Of a stretch of 64,000 nucleotides of DNA, positions 26,888 through 35,596 are shown piece by piece; within the stretch, counting starts at the first letter, position 1; the number at the start of each line of letters is the position of its first letter. The notes beneath the pieces were generated by a model. The model ran no database searches. It was given only the letters and a program-made list of their open reading frames with translations, and was not told the origin of the DNA. The position numbers and the translations under genes were made by a program. This DNA is from Clostridia bacterium (GTDB lineage Bacteria; Bacillota; Clostridia; UBA1381; UMGS1253): assembly GCA_045652745.1 (NCBI GenBank), contig JAZRUW010000012.1, forward strand, positions 2,089-66,088, read 5' to 3'.

Positions 26888-29209
26888 GTGGTGAAAAAAA
26901 TAACAGCTCTTTTACTTTCGTTTGTCCTGTTGCTTAGTGCTTGCCCGTTTGCGGGTGCGGCACAGTTTTCGGATGTGCAGACGGAGGATTATTTCTATGA
27001 AGAAGCACAGATGCTCTGTGCCATGGGTATAGTATCCGGCGATAGTGCGGGTACGCTTCGTCCGTACGATGCGCTTTCGCGCGGTGAGTTTGCCAAACTG
27101 ACCGTCGGCATGCTCAACAAAATGGAGGAGGCCGCAGCTGAACGCGGTGCCAGCCGTTTTGCAGACGTTGACAATGCGCACTGGGCGGTGCCATATATCA
27201 ACTATGTGGCAAAAAGCAACATTATTGTCGGCTATCCGGACGCTACATTTCACGCAGACGCGTCCATCAGTTACGGACAGGCGATTACGGTTGTTTTGCG
27301 TGCACTCGGTTATGATGAAACCGTGGTGGAGGGTTTTTGGCCGGACAGTTATGTCAGCAAAGCAAAGGCTTTGGAGTTGACCGAGGGTATGGACTTTGAT
27401 GCGTATGCAGACATCACGCGCGCAGATGCGTTTGTGCTGATTTGCCGCGCGCTGGAAACCGAGATGTATAACACAAAGACGAAACTTGCGGCATCCTTTG
27501 GCTATACGATTTTGGAAAATGCAGTTATCTTATCGACCTATCTTACTGATGATGCCTTGGCGGCAGGGGAGATTAAAACGGCGACGGGTGTTTATAAAAC
27601 AACACAGGCTGTAGACTGCACAAACGTTGAAGGTAAAAAAGTAAAACTGTACTTGAATGAAAAGCAGGAAGTGGCGGCGTTTGCTGCGTACCGCGATTAC
27701 CCGACGTCACTTGTCATTAAAAAGCATCTTGGCGGCAACGACTATCTTTGCGCGCAGGGTACAGCTGAGGTGGAATATCGGTTTTCGGATGCAATGACGG
27801 TGTATAGTGCAGACGGTAAGAGCAGTTTTGCACAGCAACGCGGTGCATTTACTGCCGGTGCAAAAATTACCTTGCACGGAGAAACGGCACAGATGCACGA
27901 CTACGCGTATTTGCAAGATGCAGATGACATTGTGCCTGTGGTGGCGACAAAAGATTATGCTCCGGGCGATGTCAGCATCGGCGGTATTTTTCCGGAGGAT
28001 ATGGACAGCATTGTGGTTTACCGCGACGGTTACAACGCGACGCTTTCGGATATTCGCGTAAATGATGTGATTTATTACAATCCGGCGATACAGACGATGG
28101 AGGTATACACCGATAAGGTAACCGGGCTGTATGAAGAGGCTTTGCCGAGCAAAGCCAATGTGACGCAGGTGGTTGTCGGCGGCAGGACCTTTGAAGTCGG
28201 CTCTGCGGCGGCAACCAGACAGCTTGATGAGTCGTCCGGCAGTTTTAAAATTGACGATGTGGTTACCTTGCTTTTAGGTAAAAACGGAGATGTGGTCGGC
28301 GTTTGCAACAGCCGCACATCCGCGCTTACGGGTGTCTATGGTGTTCTGATTTCGGCAGGCAGCTACATAACGGATTCCGTCACAGATACAGGCACGACAA
28401 AATTGCACGTGCAGCTGATGATGGCGGACGGCAACGTATACACCTACGATACCGCCAAGGATTATACAGAGTATAAAGGACAGTTGGTGCGCATTGCATT
28501 TTCAAACGGCCTTGCACAGCTCAGCAAAGTATCGGGCGGGAAATTCAGCGGACAGGTTTCGCAGTACAGCCGAAAAATCGGCGATACGGCAATTGCAAGC
28601 GGGGCGGTACTCTTTGATTTGGTTTCCAATCCGGACGGCGGCGCGGCAACTGTGGTGAAAATTGATTTTGAGGATTTAAAGGAAATCAATATCGGTGCAG
28701 AGTCGGTGATTGCTTCGGTTAAGGAGAGCGGCTTTAATGAAGCGGCGGTTATTTTGTTTGACAATGTGCTTCGTACGAACGTAAAATACGGTCTGGTGGA
28801 GAAAGTTAAAGCGGTATCGACGTATGACCGGGAAGGCAACGTGGATGCAACCACACGCACCTATACGGTTTTGGTGGACGGCGCACAGGTGAGCGTGTCG
28901 AAAAAAGGTACGTTTTCCGTAGCGGCCGGTACACCGGTCGCGGTAAATTATGCGGAAGGCCGCGTAGAGTCGTTGACGGCGCTCGGCAAAGCGGACAGCG
29001 CCAATAAAATTCAGGCGCTTGACTACAATCGCATCAAAATCAACAATAAGGTATACACTCTGGGCAGTGACCTGCTGATTTATTATCAGGCGGATGTGCA
29101 GGAGTACAGAACACTGTCGAGAGCGGAACTCGAGAAGACAGACGTCAAGAGCATCACACTCTATAAAGATTTTACAAATCAAATCCGAGCGGTTTATGTA
29201 AGCTTTTAA
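26888..29209 (+). CDS. SLH-domain cell-surface protein
   Basis: Signal peptide, then three S-layer-homology repeats (FSDV..EEAQMLCAMGIVSG, FADVDNAHWAVPYINYVAKSNIIVGYPD, ..). The remaining roughly 550 aa have no recognisable family. Confidence 0.8.
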   Translation: MVKKITALLLSFVLLLSACPFAGAAQFSDVQTEDYFYEEAQMLCAMGIVSGDSAGTLRPYDALSRGEFAKLTVGMLNKMEEAAAERGASRFADVDNAHWAVPYINYVAKSNIIVGYPDATFHADASISYGQAITVVLRALGYDETVVEGFWPDSYVSKAKALELTEGMDFDAYADITRADAFVLICRALETEMYNTKTKLAASFGYTILENAVILSTYLTDDALAAGEIKTATGVYKTTQAVDCTNVEGKKVKLYLNEKQEVAAFAAYRDYPTSLVIKKHLGGNDYLCAQGTAEVEYRFSDAMTVYSADGKSSFAQQRGAFTAGAKITLHGETAQMHDYAYLQDADDIVPVVATKDYAPGDVSIGGIFPEDMDSIVVYRDGYNATLSDIRVNDVIYYNPAIQTMEVYTDKVTGLYEEALPSKANVTQVVVGGRTFEVGSAAATRQLDESSGSFKIDDVVTLLLGKNGDVVGVCNSRTSALTGVYGVLISAGSYITDSVTDTGTTKLHVQLMMADGNVYTYDTAKDYTEYKGQLVRIAFSNGLAQLSKVSGGKFSGQVSQYSRKIGDTAIASGAVLFDLVSNPDGGAATVVKIDFEDLKEINIGAESVIASVKESGFNEAAVILFDNVLRTNVKYGLVEKVKAVSTYDREGNVDATTRTYTVLVDGAQVSVSKKGTFSVAAGTPVAVNYAEGRVESLTALGKADSANKIQALDYNRIKINNKVYTLGSDLLIYYQADVQEYRTLSRAELEKTDVKSITLYKDFTNQIRAVYVSF

Positions 29210-29215
29210 ATAAGA

Positions 29216-29256
29216 AACAAGGACATTTACGGTTGTAAATGTCCTTGTTGTTTTTT
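29216..29256. terminator. terminator hairpin after the SLH gene
   Basis: aacaaggacatttac-ggtt-gtaaatgtccttgtt followed by tttttt. Confidence 0.7.
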
Positions 29257-29421
29257 CTGGGCTGTTTCTTTTTCCTTTATGTAGTTTTCCAGTTTCTCCA
29301 CGGTTTCGGCCAGCGCAAGCGCGGTCTGAAACTTTCCGCTTTTGCGTACCTCTTCTAACTTTTCGTTTAATAAATCTGCAATCTCGTGTAAGGCTTGCAG
29401 TTTTTCGTTCGTTTCTGTCAT
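29227..29421 (-). CDS. hypothetical small coiled-coil protein
   Basis: 64 aa, MTETNEKLQALHEIADLLNEKLEEVRK... AAAGGAAG RBS 8 nt upstream. Its 3' end runs into the terminator hairpin. Confidence 0.4.
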   Translation of the reverse strand: MTETNEKLQALHEIADLLNEKLEEVRKSGKFQTALALAETVEKLENYIKEKETAQKKQQGHLQP

Positions 29422-29585
29422 TGTGCTCGCTTCCTTTCAACAACAGCCTAGCACAGTCCTTGGCGGAATGCAAGAGAAAATGACAGACAAAAGTTGCGTG
29501 TTTTACACACGTATCTACAAGATATTGTTATTTGTGACACGATGTGACAAAATACGGATGCAAGTACACAGCGTGTGAACTAAGG

Positions 29586-30950
29586 TTAGGTGCCGTAACG
29601 AAGAAAATCTTCGTAATCCGACATCTCGGATTCTTCCGTGTTGACGCTTGCGAGCAAATCAATCTCCGGCGTGTAGGGGATGTGTACGGAAGCGGTAAAG
29701 CCGCGAAGCGCATCCGGCGCGTGCGTCAGCTCGTGCGGATGCAGCGCCGTATCGTTTGGATTTTTTTCGTCAAAACACAGCGCCGGCAGGGTGCGGATTA
29801 AGTTTTTGCAGTTTCTGAAAATGCGCAGGCGCGGGCGCATGCAACCGTCCGTATCCACCACGGGACGCAGCCATTCCTTGACGGAGTACCAACCGCGCAC
29901 GCGGTTGTTGTCTGCCTTGTAAAAGGAAAGTCCGTGCGCGGCAAAAATGTCAATCGCACTTTGTCCCGTTTCCTGACGCCGGTTAAACAGGTCCGGCGGT
30001 GCGTAAGCGGCGCGTAAGGGTTCACCGCAGTTGTATTCAGCAATTTTCTGGGCCGCTTCGGATAAAATCAATCCGTTTTGATACAGTTCGCGGTAGACAA
30101 AGGCGTGTCCGTAACGGTCCACGGCAATCCACAGGCAGGCGAGCATGTCCAGACCGTAGTCGATGCTGATGTAGCGCGATACATCGGACGGCAATTCAAA
30201 CGGCTCGACGACGTGCGCTTCGCGGTCAAACTCTGCAAAATACTGCCCTTCGAACACATCCCAATCGCCGTCGAGCATCGCTTTTCTTCGATTGGGCGGT
30301 AAGTTTTCGAGTGTGCGCACATAGTCGGGCGAGTTTTGCAGCAGAAACGGATTGTCGTACACGCGCGAGGGGATAAAAGTATAATCCGAAGCGCGTTCGC
30401 TGTTTTTATAGTTTTTGTCTATGAACAGACGTTTTACCCAGCCGTGCCCGATGCCGCCGGGATTGCACGTAAAGTACATCCGCGGGGCAAAGGGCTTTTT
30501 TAACAGGCCGCTGGTACGGTTAGATTCGGTGAGCGCCGTAAAAACAAATTCGGAAAACTGCGTTGCCTCCTCCATAAAGATGGCATCGTAGCTTTGTCCC
30601 TGATATTGCAGTACGTCGCGGTCGGCGGCGCAGTAGCCGAGTACGATGCGGCTCCCGTTTTCAAAAACAAAACAGCGCGTGGCCGATTTGTACTCGGCGA
30701 TATCCTTTAAAAGTGCCATTAACGGATAGATGTGGTTTTCACGCAGGGATTGCAAATCGCGGCGCAAAAGCAGAATTTGAATGCCGTCGTACTCTAAGGC
30801 AAGTAAAACGGCCTTGATTCTTGCCGCCCAGCTTTTGCCGCCGCCGCGTGCGCCGCCGTAGGCAATGTAGCGCGTGTCTGCGGTGAAAAAAGCCTCCTGC
30901 TTTGGATACGGCTTTGTGAGCGCTAAGATGCGCTCGTTTACGTTGCCCAT
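29586..30950 (-). CDS. phage terminase large subunit
   Basis: Walker A YGGARGGGKSWA near the N-terminus, IFMEEATQF (Walker B-like), and a C-terminal nuclease-type region. At 454 aa it is intact. Confidence 0.85.
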   Translation of the reverse strand: MGNVNERILALTKPYPKQEAFFTADTRYIAYGGARGGGKSWAARIKAVLLALEYDGIQILLLRRDLQSLRENHIYPLMALLKDIAEYKSATRCFVFENGSRIVLGYCAADRDVLQYQGQSYDAIFMEEATQFSEFVFTALTESNRTSGLLKKPFAPRMYFTCNPGGIGHGWVKRLFIDKNYKNSERASDYTFIPSRVYDNPFLLQNSPDYVRTLENLPPNRRKAMLDGDWDVFEGQYFAEFDREAHVVEPFELPSDVSRYISIDYGLDMLACLWIAVDRYGHAFVYRELYQNGLILSEAAQKIAEYNCGEPLRAAYAPPDLFNRRQETGQSAIDIFAAHGLSFYKADNNRVRGWYSVKEWLRPVVDTDGCMRPRLRIFRNCKNLIRTLPALCFDEKNPNDTALHPHELTHAPDALRGFTASVHIPYTPEIDLLASVNTEESEMSDYEDFLRYGT

Positions 30951-31255
30951 TTTTCAACCTCCTCCGTCATCATTACACGCACCGCTCCGGACATGGTCGT
31001 ATCACTTTTGGCATCGGACAATGCTTTTGCGATATCCAGCAAATCGTCGGTGGAGAGGAGGAAATAACTGTTGATTTTGCCGAGAAGTGCCTTTTTTTCC
31101 GTGGCGGTAAGGTCGGCGTCGCCCTCAATTTTTTCAATGAGCTCAAAGCACTTTCCGGCATTTCGTTTGGAAAAGTTTATTCTTTGCAGAAGCATCGCCA
31201 ATGTGCGTTTTACGATGTCTGCCTTCATTTGTTCGGGTGTTACATTGTTTTTCAT
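30938..31255 (-). CDS. putative terminase small subunit / phage packaging accessory protein
   Basis: About 105 aa and alpha-helical. Its stop overlaps the TerL start by 13 nt, the classic terS-terL arrangement. No family recognised by eye. Confidence 0.35.
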   Translation of the reverse strand: MKNNVTPEQMKADIVKRTLAMLLQRINFSKRNAGKCFELIEKIEGDADLTATEKKALLGKINSYFLLSTDDLLDIAKALSDAKSDTTMSGAVRVMMTEEVEKWAT

Positions 31256-31285
31256 AGTTTGTCCTTTCAATTTGTTGTTGATGCG

Positions 31286-31696
31286 TTATGCCGCAAGCCG
31301 CAGACCGCGCGCCTCGGCAAACAGCCGTCTGCATAAGGCCAGGTGGCGGTAGGCACGTGCGGGCGAAATATGGGTTTGTATCGTAGAATACAACACGCGG
31401 TTTTCGATTTCGCCGCGGCGAAGCTCTCCGTTCGGATTCCAAAAATATACGTCATGGAGTGTTGCTAAAATCTCTTCGCCGTTTTGCTTGCTTTGAAGCA
31501 AATGGATGGTGTCGATTACGGCATATACATCCTGCAGCGCGGCCTCTGCGGCGCGCAAGTCAGCACTTTTCAAACCGCGTTTGAGTGTTTTTCGTTGCAA
31601 GGCAAAACGCGCGGCGGCTTTTTCCGGCTTGCACTGCAAAGATGCATAAAAACGAAACGCATCTACAGCATAGTCTCTAATGTTGTCTTTTTTCAT
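31286..31696 (-). CDS. putative phage late-gene regulator (sigma-70 region-4-like HTH)
   Basis: The C-terminal ..THISPARAYRHLALCRRLFAEARGLR resembles sigma-like/ArpU-type phage regulators, and it lies upstream of the terminase genes. The AGGAGG sits 17 nt from the ATG, which is unusually far. Confidence 0.35.
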   Translation of the reverse strand: MKKDNIRDYAVDAFRFYASLQCKPEKAAARFALQRKTLKRGLKSADLRAAEAALQDVYAVIDTIHLLQSKQNGEEILATLHDVYFWNPNGELRRGEIENRVLYSTIQTHISPARAYRHLALCRRLFAEARGLRLAA

Positions 31697-31723
31697 TTGT
31701 ATGTATAAAAGTGCCTCCTTTCA

Positions 31724-31936
31724 TTAAGACAATAAAATGTCTTTCGGTGTCGCGTACCAGTAATGGTCCATGACATAGTCGCTTTCGCAGTTTTCACATA
31801 CGGTTTCGCCTTCAAAGCAGTAGCAGGCCTCGCCGTCATAGATTTCGCGTTCGCAAACGGTGCAGATATGCTTGTTGCTTGCGTAAAATGCATCTTCCTG
31901 CGCAAAACTTGTCATGATTTCGCATTCGTAATCCAT
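31724..31936 (-). CDS. small Cys-rich (zinc-ribbon-like) protein
   Basis: MDYECEIM..CTVCEREIYDGEACYCFEGETVCENCESDY contains CxxC pairs. A GGAGAGGGGG RBS precedes the ATG at 31936. Confidence 0.4.
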   Translation of the reverse strand: MDYECEIMTSFAQEDAFYASNKHICTVCEREIYDGEACYCFEGETVCENCESDYVMDHYWYATPKDILLS

Positions 31937-31978
31937 CAAGGTTTTCCCCCTCTCCGACAAAAACCTCTGACAAAAATA

Positions 31979-32007
31979 ATTATAATAAACGAACATATGT
32001 TTGTCAA
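31979..32007 (-). promoter_or_regulatory. perfect-consensus sigma-A promoter driving the phage-remnant module
   Basis: On the minus strand: TTGACA (32007-32002), 17-nt spacer, TATAAT (31984-31979). Confidence 0.65.
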
Positions 32008-32095
32008 TAGGCTTTTGTAAATTTTGTTTTCCCGATCGAGTTGCCTCTATTGTAACACAGAAAAAAGGTCTACTACTATCAACTTTAAATTTTTG

Positions 32096-32124
32096 TTGAG
32101 AAAGTTAAGCGGATGTGATAGAAT
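32096..32124 (+). promoter_or_regulatory. candidate addBA promoter
   Basis: TTGAGA (32096-32101), 17-nt spacer, TGaTAGAAT (32116-32124). Confidence 0.45.
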
Positions 32125-32149
32125 AGATTTAACGGAGTTAAATCTATTC
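32121..32149. promoter_or_regulatory. 13-bp perfect palindrome overlapping the -10/+1 of the addBA promoter
   Basis: gaatagatttaac-gga-gttaaatctattc. Confidence 0.5.
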
Positions 32150-32150
32150 A

Positions 32151-32217
32151 GCGATATAAATTCCTGACGGAATTTGCGATATACCTTGTGGTGCGATATA
32201 TCCTGCGGATGCGATAT
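32151..32217 (+). repeat. four direct copies of GCGATAT in the addB leader
   Basis: GCGATAT at 32151, 32176, 32193 and 32211. The last three occur as TGCGATAT(A/G) with 17-18-nt spacing. Confidence 0.6.
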
Positions 32218-32272
32218 GTCCATTACGACAAACTATAATCACAGAACAATTATTTACAAAGGAGAAAGTGCC

Positions 32273-35200
32273 TTGAAAATTATTTACGGAAGAGCGCACA
32301 GCGGAAAAACGGCGGCGATGCTGGATGCCTTGGAGAAGACTTCCGCGCGTGGTGAAAAGTGCATAGTCATTGTGCCGGATCAGATTAGCTTTCGCACGGA
32401 GCAGATGCTTGCGTCGAAGTCCTTTTTCGGCGGTTTTGCGCAGGTGCTGACCTTTACAAAACTGGCAAAACGTATGGTGGCACAGCGCGCAGACGCGCGC
32501 AAGCCGATTTCCGCCTGCGGAAAAACCATGCTGATGTATCGCGCGCTTGCAAAGGTAAGCTCGAAGCTGAAGATGTACCGCGATGCGGCAAACAAAGCGG
32601 GCCTTGCGCCAAAACTTTTAAGTCTTGCAGAGGAGTTTTCGCACCTCGGCATTGACAGTGCGACTTTGTCTGCGTGCATCAAGGATGAAAAGCCGCTTTC
32701 CGTAAAACTGATGGATTTGACGGAGATTTTCGGCGCGTACGAACAACTTTTGTCCGGCGAGTATGCAGATACGGACGAGATGCTTCGTCTGTGCGCCGCG
32801 GCGATAGAAAACAGCGATGAATACAAAGACACACATATATATATTTCTGGGTTTTCGGATTTTTCGGTACCGCACTTTTCGGTGGTATCGGCTTTGGTAG
32901 GGCGCGCAAAATCCGTGACGGTGTTTGTGTGCGCGGACGAAAAATTGGATGCGCAGGGCTTTTTTGCGCCGGGCGCAGTAACGGTGCAAAAACTTAAAAA
33001 AGCCTTTCCGGATGCAGAAACAGTGTATTTGCAAAAAGCATATACGGATGGCGCGCTTGCGCATTTTGAGCGTGGTTACACAAAATATGCGTCTGCGGTA
33101 TATGCACATGCCCAGTCGGCGCTTGCGGTTTTTGAGGGCAGAAACCCGTATGCGGAAATTCACTTTGCCGCAAATGAAATTTTGCGCCTTTGCAGGGAAG
33201 AGGGATACCGTTTCCGTGATTTTGCGGTTGTTGCCGGAGACGGCGACCGTTATTTTGATACGGTTTCGTATATCTTTTCGCGCTACGGCATTCCGTTTTT
33301 CGTTTCTGCCAAGAAAAGCGCGGCTTCGCATCCTTTGGCGCTCGCGCTGCTTTCCGCCTTGGAAATCATTGAGCGCGGTTTTCAACACGATGCGGTATTT
33401 GCCTATTTGAAATCCGGCTTTTCCAATTTGAATGCCTATGAGGTGGATTTTCTGGAAAACTATGTTTTGGCCACGGGCATTGGCGCAAAGCACTGGACAA
33501 AGGATGAGGCTTGGAATTACAAGACATCTTATTTTGAGGAGAAAAATGCAATGGATGCCGCGCGTGCGGATACGCTTCGTCGTCGGGTAATCGAGCCGAT
33601 ATTGCAGCTCAAAGCCGGCATCGGTATCGGCAAAACCGTAAAAGAAAGCGCACAGGCGATTTACGCCTTTATGTGCGCCGTCGGGATGCGCGAAAAGACG
33701 GAAAAGCACATTGCGGCGCTTCGTGAGCAGAAAGTATTTGCCGCGGCAAGTATTTACCGCGGTACATATAACGGCATTGTGCACGTGCTTGAACAGATGT
33801 CCGTCTTGTGCGGCGAGGAAAAGTGCGGTGTTGCACGTCTGCGCAACATGCTGTCGGCAGGCCTGCTCGGTCAAAACCAGGCCATTGTGCCGCAACGCGT
33901 GGATGAAGTCGGCGTAACGGATGTGGCGCAGGGCAGATTTGCCGCTTGTAAAATTATGTTTGCGCTCGGCACAAACACGGGCGCGTTTAACGGTTTTTCC
34001 GGCAGCGAGGGCATTTTGTCCGATGCGGACCGTTTCGGACTGCGCGAAGGCGGTTTGGAAGTTTTGCCGACGGCAAGGCACAAGGCCTTCGACCATCGGT
34101 TTACGGTGTATAAGGCACTTACGGCGGCAACGGACAGATTATATATTTGCTATGCGGCATCGGATATGGACGGCAAGCCCTTTTCCGTTTCGGCGGTGGC
34201 GATGAAAGCAAAAAAGTTGTTTTCCGAATTGCCGGTGATGACGCAGGATGATTTTGAAGGGGCATTGCGCTCTCCACAGGAGGCAAGGGCGGCTTTAGCT
34301 GCTGAAATCGGACGCGCGCGTGACATCAAGCGCATCGGTGCAACGGGCGCAGCAATTTACAAGGTATTAAAAGAGAAAGAGCCTGGGTTTGCTAAGTTGC
34401 TTTCGCATTGCACGGACGGTGTGGTGCAGGCAAAAAAACTCGACAAATCTCAGGTAGAAAAATTGTATCCGCAGGACATTTCTATGTCCATTACCAGACT
34501 GGAAAAATACAGCGGATGTCCGTTTTCCTATTTTATGACCTATATGCTTTCGGCGCAGGAGAGAAAAATCAGCCGCATCGGTGCGCCGGATATTGGCACA
34601 ATGGTGCATCGTGCGTTAGAGTATTTTGTGGATGCGGCAAGAGAGAACAATGAAAGTATTGCAAAGATGCCGCCGGCGCGCGTGTATGCGCTCATCGGCG
34701 AGGTCAGTGGGCGCGTAACGCAGGAAATGTTTGAGGGTATGGCCGGTGTCAGCAAGGCATCGGAATATTTTGCCAAGCGCCTGCGCGTGAATCTGGAGCG
34801 TTGTGTGCAGATTTTGGTGCGCCATATTGCGCTCGGCAAATTTGAGCCGATCGGCAGTGAGGTGCATTTCGGCGATGACGGCGAGCTTAAGGCGGTTGCG
34901 GTCAGCTTAACGAGCGGCAAAAAAATTAAAATCCACGGTGTAATCGACCGTTTGGATAAGTATGAAGGCAAAGACGGCACATACTATCGCGTAATTGACT
35001 ACAAGACGGGGGCCAAGAGTTTTTCGCTCGACAACATTGCCAACGGCCTTGACTATCAGCTCATGGTTTACATGGAGGCGGCGCTCGGGGATGCTCCGAA
35101 TAAAAAACCGGCGGCGGTGATGTATTTTAAAATCAAAGAGCCGATGCTTTCCAAGCCGTCTATGACGGATGTAGATACCATTGCGGCGGAAATTCGAAAA

Positions 35201-35596
35201 AGCATGCGCCTCGACGGCAGATGCATTGATACGCCGGAAATTTTAGAGGCGATGGACAGTTCGGGTGCGACGGAAAGTGAAGTATTTAAACTCAAATACA
35301 ACAAAGACGGCAGCCTTGCCGCGCGTGGTGTGGATGTGTGCAGCATGCAGATGTTTTCGTGCATGGCCAAGCGCGTGCGCCGCAGTATCCGCGAGGTGGG
35401 CGATGCGCTTTTGCGCGGCGAAATTTCCATTTTGCCCGTACGCACGGCCAAGACGGATGCCTGCCGGTACTGTCCGCACAAGCCGGTATGTTTAAATGCG
35501 GGTGAGCGCGCGTTTGAACGCGAGTTTACTGACAGTGAACTCAGTGCGGAAGAAAGAATTTTAAAGGAAGGTGACGGGGATGCAATGGACAAGTGA
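32273..35596 (+). CDS. addB: helicase-exonuclease AddAB, subunit B
   Basis: LKIIYGRAHSGKT N-terminus (TTG start 5 nt after AAAGGAGAAA). C-terminal RecB-type nuclease with Fe-S cysteines (..CRYCPHKPVC..). Confidence 0.9.
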   Translation: MKIIYGRAHSGKTAAMLDALEKTSARGEKCIVIVPDQISFRTEQMLASKSFFGGFAQVLTFTKLAKRMVAQRADARKPISACGKTMLMYRALAKVSSKLKMYRDAANKAGLAPKLLSLAEEFSHLGIDSATLSACIKDEKPLSVKLMDLTEIFGAYEQLLSGEYADTDEMLRLCAAAIENSDEYKDTHIYISGFSDFSVPHFSVVSALVGRAKSVTVFVCADEKLDAQGFFAPGAVTVQKLKKAFPDAETVYLQKAYTDGALAHFERGYTKYASAVYAHAQSALAVFEGRNPYAEIHFAANEILRLCREEGYRFRDFAVVAGDGDRYFDTVSYIFSRYGIPFFVSAKKSAASHPLALALLSALEIIERGFQHDAVFAYLKSGFSNLNAYEVDFLENYVLATGIGAKHWTKDEAWNYKTSYFEEKNAMDAARADTLRRRVIEPILQLKAGIGIGKTVKESAQAIYAFMCAVGMREKTEKHIAALREQKVFAAASIYRGTYNGIVHVLEQMSVLCGEEKCGVARLRNMLSAGLLGQNQAIVPQRVDEVGVTDVAQGRFAACKIMFALGTNTGAFNGFSGSEGILSDADRFGLREGGLEVLPTARHKAFDHRFTVYKALTAATDRLYICYAASDMDGKPFSVSAVAMKAKKLFSELPVMTQDDFEGALRSPQEARAALAAEIGRARDIKRIGATGAAIYKVLKEKEPGFAKLLSHCTDGVVQAKKLDKSQVEKLYPQDISMSITRLEKYSGCPFSYFMTYMLSAQERKISRIGAPDIGTMVHRALEYFVDAARENNESIAKMPPARVYALIGEVSGRVTQEMFEGMAGVSKASEYFAKRLRVNLERCVQILVRHIALGKFEPIGSEVHFGDDGELKAVAVSLTSGKKIKIHGVIDRLDKYEGKDGTYYRVIDYKTGAKSFSLDNIANGLDYQLMVYMEAALGDAPNKKPAAVMYFKIKEPMLSKPSMTDVDTIAAEIRKSMRLDGRCIDTPEILEAMDSSGATESEVFKLKYNKDGSLAARGVDVCSMQMFSCMAKRVRRSIREVGDALLRGEISILPVRTAKTDACRYCPHKPVCLNAGERAFEREFTDSELSAEERILKEGDGDAMDK

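Larger units (their letters stand above)
29227..32010 (-). mobile_element. prophage remnant: promoter, Zn-ribbon ORF, regulator-like ORF, TerS-like ORF, intact TerL and a small ORF; no portal, capsid or integrase
   Basis: Co-oriented minus-strand module driven by a consensus promoter. The terminase large subunit is full length. It is flanked by chromosomal genes (SLH protein, addB). Confidence 0.6.

Noticed and set aside
32121-32149. The palindrome upstream of addB considered as a LexA (Cheo) SOS box.
   Set aside because: The sequence gaatagatttaac/gttaaatctattc lacks the GAAC-N4-GTTC core.
32151-32217. GCGATAT direct repeats considered as a mini CRISPR array.
   Set aside because: The repeat unit is only 7-9 nt with 17-25-nt periodicity, whereas CRISPR repeats are 24-40 nt or longer with spacers of similar length. 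There are no cas genes in the window.
32174-32272. N-terminal extension of addB in the ORF track (MRYTLWCDISCGCDMS...).
   Set aside because: It is translation of the repeat-bearing leader. AddB proteins begin at the (M/L)KIIYGRAGSGKT motif, which here has a TTG start with an AAAGGAG RBS at 32273.
32618-34096. 492-aa minus-strand ORF inside addB. The 370-aa ORF at 37968..39080 inside addA is a similar case.
   Set aside because: Both are antisense to canonical AddB/AddA coding sequence. Their composition is Arg/Cys-rich and non-protein-like, and they have no start context.
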